64,000 bases of DNA from Takakia lepidozioides (taxonomy: Eukaryota; Plantae; Bryophyta): the NCBI GenBank assembly GCA_030704615.1, contig CM060733.1, positions 48,608,001-48,672,000 on the forward strand, written 5' to 3'. Positions 12,510-24,123 of the stretch are shown piece by piece. How positions within the stretch are numbered: the stretch's first letter is position 1; the number at the start of each line of letters is the position of its first letter. The notes below the pieces were generated by a model. It did not search any database. It worked only from the letters and a program-made list of their open reading frames with translations, and was not told where the DNA came from. Position numbers and translations under genes: made by a program.

Positions 12510-14145
12510 TTACCTCCTCGTTCGTACAGCAACAAATGTCTCTCAATCGGTTCTCGATCATACAATTCGTTCTCCTCCGGCACCCATGGAACTTGTGGGA
12601 GCCGGATAAACCTGGACCTTTATCTGATTCCAATGGAGGTTGAGTTTTCCATGAGCAGTGAGTAGGTTTTGCCGAACAATGCCGAACTTAAGGGAATATT
12701 CATGGAATATTCTTCTGAACCAGTGTCCATCATATATGGATGAATATTCTATCAAGGAATATTCTTTCGAACCTGTGCCGAACCAGTTCGGACCACTTTC
12801 GAACCTATGGCACTGTTCGGTGCCGAACCTTCAATATTTGAGGGGTTATGTGCAATATAAATTTAGTAAAAATCTCATTTGAAATCCAAAATAGGAATAT
12901 TCTATAAACCGAACCTATCCCAAACCTGGAAGTGGTTCGGCAAATAGGTCCGGACGGTTCAGTGACGTTCGGCAAAACCTGCTCACTGCTCACTACTCAT
13001 GGATTTTTTAGCCCCCACTCCAATGCCTTCCCAGATTGCAGCAAAACTGCTCTCTCTCCCACCAATCGGGAATGCCTCCCGCATGTATGGTTATCTCCCA
13101 GTCAGATGTGACCCAGAAATACTGGGGATCTTTGACGTATGTCGGGTTTCTGGCATATATGCCATGCATCTCTCTGTCTTCATCCCATACCAAGTTCTTG
13201 CCCCAATGCACATAATTCATAAATGTGAATGGTAGCCCATCCAATGGGAGGTTGTGTCGATTGTATTCAAAACCTATGGGCATCCGATCTTCCAAGCCCC
13301 TCAGCTCATAAAAAATGGCTCGGGATAAGACATGTGAGATGGAACATATGTCCACATAATCCAAGCACATGACATCCCTCTGGGTCGTATGGATTCCTGC
13401 ACATCGAACAAACTGTACGATCTGATATCCATGATGGCAAAACGCGTCGTGGTATCTCCTCCCTCTGGGCCGGTTTGATGTGGCTGGTCATCCTTGTTGT
13501 GGTGTCATACTTTTCCTCTATCTCCAATTCCCAGTTTATGCTTCTGTTCGACCCTGAAATTCTGTGCTCACATCGATCGAAGATAGAATCCACATCTGCC
13601 CAGTTGGTATACTCGGCGAACACGTTTGATGCAATACAGAGATTATTATACCTTTGCATTTTGGCATAAATGCTATCCACGCTACGGTTCGACATGCGTG
13701 CGACACGATGCAAGCCTGACAGTGCCTACTCTACCCGTGCTTCTCTGGAGGCCAATTGGGTCGCCCATTGTACCCAATTCTCCCAATCGCCATTCAATAG
13801 GACCCATGCCCGAATCTCCAACGTTTTGGACAAGCGCCATGCGGTTGCCATGGCAATGTCCCGCTTCTTTGTAACGCGGTGGACATCTGATATCGGATTC
13901 ATCTCGGATTGAATGGCGACCCTCGAGCATTCCCCGGTTTCCAGTACTGGTTCTTTTCCTTTCCTCCTTTTCTCATCCGCAATTCGCTGTTCCTCAACCA
14001 TGGTTTTATCGGCCACAGGGTCCGTAATTTCGTGAATGATGAGGTCAATACTGCGATCGGGCATCGCAAACTTCCCATCCATGTCCACGACGTTTGTTCG
14101 ATCCTCATTGTGGACAACAGTGCCTTCATTGTTTGGAGGCATGTC
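12510..14145 (-). pseudogene. RING-finger protein gene, frameshifted, MITE-interrupted and 5'-truncated
   Basis: CSMC-x12-CGHMFHLTCL RING-H2-like pattern in ORF 13306-13713; overlapping ORFs 13726-14178 and 13008-13370 read as one frameshifted gene. Confidence 0.65.
12653..12998. mobile_element. MITE with TIRs and internal CCGAAC/GTTCGG repeats
   Basis: GAGCAGTGAG(T/C)AGGTTTTGCCGAAC inverted at both ends; flanks reconstitute TTCCATGGATT (AT or CATG duplication). Confidence 0.85.
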
Positions 14146-14324
14146 TGACAAATCTTCTGTAATAATTGGTTTGTCCAAGGAATCTCCTTAGACTCTTAAC
14201 ATTTACTGGTGGTGGAGAGGCTTTAATGGCCTCTGTCTTTCTATGATCCACAAGAAGTCCCCTCTTACACACAATGTGTCCCAAAAGCACCCCTGAGTTC
14301 ACACAGAAAGTACACTTCTCTGGG
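14146..14324 (-). mobile_element. About 180-bp Gypsy RT fragment, same family as the 28.6-41.3 kb element
   Basis: Near-identical to 35665-35839 (PEKCTFCVNSGVLLGH...LRRFLGQT.YYRRFV). Confidence 0.9.
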
Positions 14325-16235
14325 AGGTCATGACCTTGGTCCTTTGCGATGACGATGTTTGGGAGAAGTGGCAGGAGGTTTTCAGAGAGTGGGAGAAGGG
14401 AATCCTCCTGGACATTAATGGAATGAAGCACAAGGGTGTACGATCGCAGCTGACAAAATCTGCAGTCTGCAAACTGCAAGGATTGAACCCCCTCCAAATG
14501 AAGAAGGTTGCGCAAAAGATTTTGGACTTGAAGATCTGTGTTCGTAGTCCTTACAAGAGAAAAGACCCCAAGATTCTCTGTCTGTCCGATTACATCAATC
14601 GAATAAAGGGCAGACGGTTTATCATCGATGATGTCATGGTGGTATTGGGATTTGACGCCAGGAGCAAGCAGCATCCTCTGGAGCCGTACACAAAACACAA
14701 TAGCTCGAAGTGAAGAAAATATACAAGTTCAACAAGTCGGAGTTCGAGACATTCCGATCGAAACTGGGGGCCAAATACATGAAAAACAAAGTGAATACGA
14801 ATATGAAGACCTAGAAAGTGAGTGACGCTTTCATCAAATACGTGCTTTCATGCAAGAAAAGGGTCGAAGACATAGAGAAGGAAATGGACAACCTCAATGA
14901 TACCTTCAAGTCACATTACCAGTGCATGACTTAGTTGTTTTCATGCAAAGAAATTACAAGAATATTTTCGATGCGTTCTTCGAACAACAGCTGAGACCTA
15001 ATGCATTTGTCTTCTTCTCAACGCAGAGGTCCTCTCCCAATCTGGTTTCGTACATAAGGTTTGGCGAGCGTCGGAACAAGTATATTCTACTTCAGGGGTT
15101 GTATCTTCCTGGAGAGTTTGACAATCCTTACAAGAGCCGGCCAAAGTCATTTACAAGGCCATTCATGTGCCTTGATTACGTATTTCCTGCAACAGCTGCC
15201 CAGATTGAGAACCACGAGGAGCACCTGCAGGGAGTCTTGATGTTCAGCCCCATTAAACCAGTGATTAAGGCTCCGGACATTGAGCTCACAGAACATGAGA
15301 GAGAATGTGCCGCTTATGAACACGAATTGCGGGCAGAGTCGAGCGACTACATTGCGTCCTTATTCTGTGGCGAAGGAATGGCGGCTGTCAATCTCTTTGG
15401 AGGAGTAATGCTAACATCGGCTCTCCACGTAAGCACTTCCATTTCCCATTTCCTATTCGATTTCCTTTTCCATTTCCATTTCCGAAACACAACATTGGAA
15501 CCTTGTGCGATCACTCATTCATCATTTTTACTCACTGTTGGCATCTTTTTGCAGACTAGGAACGTCCAAGTCCTTGATATAAACCACAACCTGTAAAAGA
15601 AATTATGCGCGAATAAGATTGCCACAAATTTCACATTCCTCCACCCGGAGAATAAGGACGGAACCGAGGTTGGCGATGACACAGGGGGAGGGTAGGAGAC
15701 CCACAGGCACAATGACGAAAGAAATGACAATGACGAACAAAGAGATCTGGAGACAAACTAGGAAGAAAGTGACGGAAACGAAACGTTGGACAAAAATGAA
15801 GAACTTGAGGGAGGTGAGGAAGACAAAAGCGACTACCAACACGATGATGCCATCAACACCTTCTTGCAAGAAGAGATAAAACAAATTGAGCATGGCAGAA
15901 ATCCACCAGCTGAACAAGCAGGGAGGGTATTATCTGAAGAAAGCCACCATCCACAAGCCATGCCAAATACCGGTGAAGGAGACAATCCCGTGACTACTGT
16001 GCTGTCTTCCTCCATTGAAGAAGTGGGGGGAGACAATGTACAGGATAACGCTGATTCTAGGGACATCTTTGATAAGGAGATTTTAGAAATAGACTCAATG
16101 GTGGGATTCAGGCCTGTGGAGGGGGATATGCCATTACGGATATCACCATATCAAGGTTTAAGCCAACGAGTTAGAGACATCGTTGATGGTAGGCATCTAG
16201 GGCATTGGTCGGCGATAAAAATTGTATTGACGTGA
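14325..16235 (+). pseudogene. 5'-truncated spliced gene, possibly a degenerate DNA-methyltransferase-fold protein with an acidic tail
   Basis: Frameshift- and stop-linked ORFs 14330-14713, 14922-15596 and 15786-16235, with a GT-AG intron ~15429-15554. ELR...IASLFCGEGMAAVNLFGG...ALH|TRNVQVLD weakly resembles beta-MTase motifs X-I-II. Confidence 0.4.
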
Positions 16236-16414
16236 GTATTGCACATTATGAGTTGTCTTGACACTTGTAAACAAAATTTTCAAAGTTGATATAACATCAT
16301 AATCTTTAAAAAAATGGAACTAATAACCTATTGCTTTGTGATAGTCTCATGAAAGAATCGAAACATATACGGAAGTCTAATCACCAGCATTTTCTGTAGA
16401 TCCGTGAGTCAAAT

Positions 16415-19400
16415 ATGGAGGAAGTGACACATACCAGAACAAACGACACACAACAGCGTACAATGAAGAAACAATACGACTTGAGAGTGAGGATATCGTT
16501 GCCCAAGATGGCAGTTTCAGAAACTGCGGGCGATCGTACGAGGTTACTTATGGGAGGGGTCGAGAAAAACATACCGGACGGCGAAAGACCCGTCGCCGGG
16601 GGAGATGGCGTCCAATCCTCATCCGGCTTGGAGCAAGTGTCGCCAAAGCTGGTACTTCATTCTCCGCCTTCTCTTTCCTTCCTGCTTTCTGGACATTGCG
16701 AAAAACATCCAATGAATTAATAATTATTTCTTAATGGGCAGGATGATATGATCTATCCACCACACGAGTTTTCCCAAGCTGTCAATCCCGGGGATTTCTT
16801 TGCTCTTCCAATGGGTCCAAATGGATGTCAGCCCGGATATTATGTCCCGGTTTTGGGTGTCGGGTTCCTATGTAAGGTCTACCTCCATAATGGGCCAAAA
16901 ACCCCTCCCGCAACGCAACCTTGTATCTCCGTTGGAAAATTTAAGTTAGCAATGCGACATGAGGTGGGAGACTTTCTCAAATGGGTCGTGCATAAGTTTT
17001 GGGTCATCTTATGGAACACTGGCAAAGAAGAGACTGTCGTGGATTTCAAATCAGCCTTGTTCGGGAGGAATGCCCACAAGGTCATGCATTACAGTTCCGA
17101 CCAATGTATGGAACATAGACTTACTTTCAACGCATATTGGCCTACGCTTCCTAAGGCCCCAATTTACTTCAAACGACTTTACGACTTGTTCGTAGACCCC
17201 GACTCTAAAGCCTACAGGTCTAACACCCTGCTTATAGACGTTGTTGGGAACATGTACAAGTCTTTCCTCAATCCTCTGAGCCTGATCATCTTCCTACCTA
17301 AATACGAAACACTTGTAGATGCATACAAAGATGATTTTTTGATGGGTTATCTGAAGCCCCACCTGGAGAAGTTGAGGCATTCAAAAATAGACACTTGGGC
17401 CTTCAATGAGCAGAACCCTTTTTGTATACCTAAGGATGTCTACTTTCAGGATGCTAGAGTGAAATTCACTAATCGCTGGGACTTTCCATGGCCTAAGAAC
17501 AAGGAGGAATGAGATGCACATCTAAAGTAGCTACAGGCCCTTGAATTAGAGCATGGAATATTAAAGTGACTAATTTTGAGAATGAACTGGGATTTGGAGG
17601 TCATTGAGTTCCTTATCTGGTCATGGGATTCTTCTTTTCTCCACTCTATTCAGCTTTGATTTACTTAAGTGTCTTTATCACTCCTTCACAGATCCGACAA
17701 CCTGGATCTCCACCTGCGATGGGACCCCGCTTGATAATTTTTGACGTTAATGGAGTGTTGTGCAATATAATGAAGCGCCAAAGCACAGGCCCTGCTCCAC
17801 GCTTTTTGGAATTTGATTACAGAATTCCTGCTATTGTTGGGTATCGGCAAATCTTTAGACGGGAGATGTACTGGGAAGTTTGGCAAGAGTTACACAAGCA
17901 CTTCATTTTAGGTATCTGGAGCTGCATGATGCTTAAAAACTTAAATGTCGTTCTGGATTTGCTCCTATGTGGTCTTCCACGGCCAGCGTTCATCATGTCG
18001 CAGGAGGATTGTATCATTTGCCCAAGCAATCTGCACCCAAATTACCGAACGGGACAAAAACAACCTCTTGTGTTCCTGAAACCACTTCTTAAAGTATGAC
18101 AGAGTTCTGAAGGATATTACAATCAGAGTAACACTCTGCTAATTGATGATACGGCTTTGAAGTGTTTGCTGAACCCTCCTGAATCATGTCTTCTTCTCAA
18201 GTCTTTTGAGAACATCGACGTCAACGATTTCTTCCTTCGCAAACTTAGAGATTTTTTGCTTGGCTTCTTGAAATTTGAAAACGTTTCGAGCTTCTTGAAA
18301 GCAAGGAGAATAGGTTTTCCACCTTTTAAAGTTAACGATCCACAGTTCAGGCCTCTTCTTGACTATATTGACAATTCACAATATCGTGATTTCCGAGTAA
18401 ATGATAAGTAAATATTCGCGACCTACTGTGGACACAATTTACTACTTAATATTGATTGTCAAGACCATGGAATTTCAGTCTTCTTCTGATATTCTTCTGC
18501 ATTGCATGGAAATTGTTATATTGCCAATCCATATGCAACGGTCAATGGATTCATTGTTCCTTTATGTCCGTCGATTTCTTTTCGGAACCACGCGCGATCA
18601 CGCGTTCTTCCAACTCAAATTTATTGCTTTGTTGACATATATTTCATTTGCAGGTATGCCCATATATTCTCCACGCCACAAATGCATCTCCAAGTGGCGA
18701 AACATGTTCGTCTAATATTGTTGACGATGTAGAAATGATCAGGCCAAAAGCTTTCCAAGGACCTGACAACTTGTTGTCTAATCATGCATCCATTGCTGTT
18801 ATGGAGCGTGATCCCATCAGTGTTTCAGATGTAGTTTTGAGGCTCAAAATGTCAAAAGGTGAATCCACCGTTAGCAGGGTCGATGATTTAACTGGGGTTG
18901 GCTGTGCATAGTGGAAAGCGACTCTCAATATCTTGGGGAATCCTCTTTGGAGCCGTCCTTATCTCAACACTTTCCACCAGACGCCATCATGGGGCATCTA
19001 CATGAGTCTACCAAACAACACGTTCCATTGGTTGCAACTGTTGCTGAACTGCCTCCTCATCATGTCGTAATTCCAAGCGTGTCACCGGATCACGAGGGCT
19101 GGACACCTCACCTGCTGATAAGTCAGGTGATTTAATTCTATTTTATCCATGCGTTTTATTGTTACCGTGTTTCTGTTCATCCTCCGATTTTCTTTCTTTA
19201 CTCCAGGCCAGAAAAGCTGCAATGTATGACCTTCATGTGAAGCGGCAACTTCTGTGGGGTTGTATTCCAAGGTAATCATTTTTTTCCGTTTGAATTCGGT
19301 TCAAGATGTGCAGAAAGAAAGAAACCAAATTCCTTTGTCAACCGTCAGCGAGAAGGTTATTGAACTCATTCATTCGCCGACTGAGGTCAGCACACCGACA

Positions 19401-20040
19401 AGACCTGCAAATATTTCTGCACATCCCCAACCCCCCAGAATTCTGGATGGTCCCGTGTCAAGGAAATGTCTCAGATCACAGCAATCAGCGGCGGTCATCT
19501 CCGACGATGAAATAACAACATCTGTCTTCCGAAAATTATGAAACAATTTTGTTTCATATGGTCTGCCGAACATTGCACAGATACAGCTGGACATATTAAT
19601 CCTGGAATGAAATATCTTATTAAAGATATTAAGAGTATTCTCGTAAAATTTAATGGGAAAAAATTTGCTAGGCAGGGGCAAATTCTACTGGTCGATGATG
19701 ACCCATCCAAGGCACTCCGAAACCCAGTGAATACTGGAGCCTTCCCAATCACATTCAAGGAATCAAGTAATGAGAAGGATTTGGTTGACATCACCAAAGC
19801 ATTGTGGCCTTTTCTCTTGGGCTTGATGGAATGTTGAATAATTAGTAGTGATGGTGCGCCATAACGATAGTATAAAAAATTTATTGACTTAAATCAACCC
19901 CCTTTCCGTGATTTTCCTTCGGAGTGTGAGTTTAAAATGATATGTCATCGTAAAGCAGAAATTAGAGATATGATAGTACAGAGATTTGGAGAGGAACAAT
20001 ATCAAGAAGTGTTACAAAACCCACGACCTGTCGTCTTTCC
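16415..20040 (+). pseudogene. Multi-exon gene with three FCP1/SCP (NIF)-like HAD phosphatase domains
   Basis: In-frame phase-0 intron 16652-16741, plus introns ~17600-17690 and 18397-18653. Domain 2: IFDVNGVL...IWS...SQEDC...FLKPL...NTLLIDD..K...NP. Domain 1: NTLLIDV...K...NP. Domain 3, C-terminal half only: WSAEHC...LLVDDDPSKALRNP. Stops fit CGA/CAG/TGG mutation. Confidence 0.75.
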
Positions 20041-20181
20041 TATAATTAGAAATTGGAAGGTATACATAGGTGTATATACATAGCTCATGGATCGAGGTAG
20101 ACATTTTTCGCCTAATTTTCCACCGCCAAATGTATTTAGTATCAATGTGCGCGTCATCGACAAACATCATCTTTAACATAG

Positions 20182-20183
<2 letters not shown>

Positions 20184-20247
<64 letters not shown>
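20184..20247 (+). repeat. (CT)n microsatellite
   Basis: About 32 uninterrupted CT units. Confidence 0.98.
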
Positions 20248-20249
<2 letters not shown>

Positions 20250-20399
20250 AATAGCCACAAGGCTAATTTTTAGTTGCAGAATTTGGGGTAGAATTCATTA
20301 ACCTTGTCATGAGTTCAAACGTCACTTTTGTATTACCAATAGTGAATAGAGATAGTATACATTAATTTTAGAAGACAAACATCACGAAGGAGGAGTAGT

Positions 20400-23300
20400 G
20401 GAGCAAGATGACGGACAATGAAGAAATGGTGGACAACGCACACACTACTCATCAAGCCAATGATCAGACGGTGTAGATAATGGAGCACTTACACAAATTG
20501 CAGAATGCTCTTGTCACGACCCAACAACAAAACAACGTGTTGATGGAGGAGCTTAAACAAGTGAGACAATCAACCGCCCCGGGACTGGTTGTTGATGGGT
20601 TGGATACGTTGCTGCAAAAGATGACCAAGACGTGCAAGGTCGAGCCGTATAAAAGAAGTCGCGCCATGGAGTTCTAGAAAGATGGATTTATCGAATGGAG
20701 GTACATCTGTCATATTTCCCTACATCAAGTGATTTGGACCACGGATTGTTCATACGATCTTTTCTACTCGACAATGCTTCAACATGGTTACAGACATGGG
20801 AGAGAAGACAGATTGCAAAATGAGAACCTTTACTATGGAGCACCTTGAAGGCGGGACTGCTCCAACAATTCAAGGCAGTAGATGCTGTTACAACTGCTCG
20901 AATGAAATTATGGAATTTGAAACAACGCGGGAGTGTGCAAAATTACATTGAAGATTTTTTGAATCTTCAGGTCCAAATCGAAGACATGAGTCCTGCAGAA
21001 GTTTTAGACAACTTCAAAAGAGGATTGAAGAAGAAAATTCAAGGAGAGGTAATTTTACGCAACCCGGTTGATGTCCACGAAGCAATTTCATTGGCCCAAA
21101 AGATTGAAGGGACGCTACCAAAATACAACGAAGGCATACACGTTCGATTGAACCAATACGGACCAACTCCTATGGAGCTTGGAAATCTTCGAAGACGGTA
21201 TAACTTCCAATACTCTCAAAGAAATAGGCCGGGAATCAGATATGAGGAAGATAACACACAGCGGCGAATGAAATTGAATGACAAGGATGTGACCTCCTCA
21301 ACATTCTCACGAACAGAAGGACAAAGGGAAACTAGACAATGTTACAATTGTGGAAAATACGGACATCTTGCAGCCAACTATCGAAGTGGAAGGTACAATC
21401 GACAAACTTATCGAAGACCTCTTAACAATTTAACAAACATCACAATGAGCAGAAAAACGAGGACAACCAGTAAGTAGATCTTGCGGTCTTACTGGTTCTA
21501 CAAAGAAGAGGAAAGGCGAGGGGCCATACAAAGATAAGAGACAAATCAATCATGCGGGCAAGAAAGAGAGACAGTTAATTGTGGCAGATGGAACCTTGGA
21601 AGGTATTCATGTGAGAGTGTTGATAGACCCTGGGACAACATAAAACTTCTTATCTAGAAAGGCCTTGAAACTAGGACTCCCCTTAGATAAGGATGAAAGA
21701 GAAGAAGTAGAAATGTCAAATGGACATACAGAGGCCATTGAGACACTACCTAAAAACATAGAGTTGTCGATTGGTAAATATAGAGAAACCTTAGAATGAC
21801 GAGTGGTCAGACTGGCTCGATATGACGTAATATTATGCATGTCTTGGATAGAATCTCACAACCTGGATGTTGATTGGCGTCGAAAGATAGTCAAAACCCA
21901 GAAGTGGAAAATCGAATGGGGAGATCGAGTAAGGACACCATATCGAAACCTACCATCATTTGTTATAGGTACTACAGCTATATGTAAGAAAGACTTATTA
22001 TTTGTAGGTTTAATAAGACGTGGAAAATATGAAAAAAGACATGAGTGAGGTCCCTATAGAATTACAGAGTGTATTTAAAGAGTTCAAAGATGTCTTTCCA
22101 GATGACCTACCAGCATGGCTTCCGCCAAAGAGAAGAGTAGATCATAAGATTGAGATTGTTCCAAGTAGTACTATTTCTTGTAAAGTCCCTTATCGATTAG
22201 CACCAAACGAGTTGGAAGAATGTAAGACTCAAGTCGAGGACCTACTATCAAAATGCTTTATAAAACCAAGTGTATCCACGTATGGAGCGCCGGTGTTGTT
22301 TGTGAAGAAAAAATATGGAGCAATGCGCATGTGCATTGATTATCGAGCACTCAACCAGCAGACAGTGAAGAACAAGTACTCGTTACCACGCATGGACGAT
22401 CTATTTGACCAACTGTGAGGAGCAAAATACTTTACGAAGCTTGATCTGAAGAGTGGATACAACCTAATTCGAGTCGCTGATGAAGATGTATATAAGACCG
22501 CTTTCAGCACTAGGTATGGACATTTTGAATACATGGTTATGCCATTTGGTCTCACCAATGCCCCAGCCACATTCATGGGCCTCATGAATGATATCTTTCG
22601 CCCATTCTTAGATAGATTTGTGATAGTCTTTTTAGATGATATTATGATCTATAGTAACAGTTTTGTCGAACATAGAAACCACCTCAAACAAGTATTACAA
22701 GTTCTTCGTGAGAATCAGCTATATGCCAAAGCATCTAAATGTGAGTTTGGAAAATAAGAAGTAGATTATCTTGGGCATCGCGTGAGTAGGAAGAGAATTG
22801 AGGTAATGAGTGAGAAAATAAAAGCTATACAACAATGGATAGCCCCTGAAGACATTACCCAATTAAGGAGTTTTCTTGGTCTTACCAGATTCTACAAACG
22901 ATTTGTACGGGCATTCTCAAAGATTGCCCAACCATTGACAAATCTTTTGGACAAAGGAATTAGATGGAAGTGAGGTACAGAAGAGAAGTTAGCATTTCAA
23001 GCCTTGAAGGATGCGTTACTTCATGCCCCGATCTTGAAATGGTATGATCCGACAAGACTAATCAAGCTCTCGGTAGATGCGTTACCTGCGGAACAAAATT
23101 ACCATACAACCGAACGAGAAGAATTGGCCATTGTTTTGAACCCAAAACATTGGAAGCACTATCTTGGAGACAAAGAGTTCATAGTGGAGATAGACCATAA
23201 ACCGTTGGTGTATTTGGAGACACAGAAAGATCTATCGAAGAGACACATTCGTTGGGCGGAATGGCGACAACAATTTAATATGAAGATCGTCTATATGGAG

Positions 23301-24123
23301 GAAAAACGGCAATTGACGGATGCAATGACAAGGATGTCGCACATGAACACATTGACATAAATCCGATTGGTGGAACAAGATAGTGACGACTTCTAAAGAT
23401 GATGGGGAGATCGTGGACGCTAAAAAGAAGGGCAAAGTGACAGAAATTTGAGGGTTATTATTCAAGTAAGGTAAACTTTGGATCCCTGATGAACCTGCAT
23501 TGAAGACAGAAGTCTTGTTTGAAGCTCATGATACGGCGATAGCAGGACATGTTGGAGTTGAAAAAACATTCGAACAATTAAAACGAATATTTTATTGGCC
23601 GCGGATGCGAGACGAGGTGGAGGCGTACGTTCGAAGTTGCATGAAATGTCAACAAAACAAGTCAACTAACCGCAAGCCAGCAGGTCTCTTACAACCACTA
23701 TCAGTACCAAATAGACGTTGGGATCATATGAGCATGGATTTAGTTTGTGAGTTACCTCAAACCTCATCGGGATACGACACTATAGTGGTCTTTGTAGACA
23801 AATTGAGTAAGATGATACACTGCACTGCACCTGAACTAGCTCGACTATATCTAGAAGCGGTCTATTATCCTCATGGGCTATCTAAAGTTCTCATTACTGA
23901 CAGGGGTACCCAATTTACTAGCTTGTTTTGGAAAAGCTTATTTGGTCTTTTTAAAACCAAATTAGCTATGTCAACAGCCTATAATCCGGAGTCAGATGGA
24001 CAGACAGAGCGAGCGAATCGTACAATTGAAGACATGTTGCGGGTCTTTACGTTAGAAGAACAAGAAGAGTGGGATTGATTATTACCATTGGTAGAATTTT
24101 CATACAATAACTCGGTCAACGCG
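20400..24123 (+). mobile_element. Degenerate Ty3/Gypsy internal region (family A): gag-protease-RT-RNase H-integrase
   Basis: gag with PTPMELG and CYNCGKYGH knuckle; protease VLIDPG; [30 protein letters not shown]; integrase HxxxxxGH...C..C, WDHMSMD, DRG, SDGQTERANR; many nonsense codons; no LTRs visible. Confidence 0.92.

Noticed and set aside
20012-20273. ER/LS-repeat ORFs
   Set aside because: Translation of the (CT)n microsatellite.
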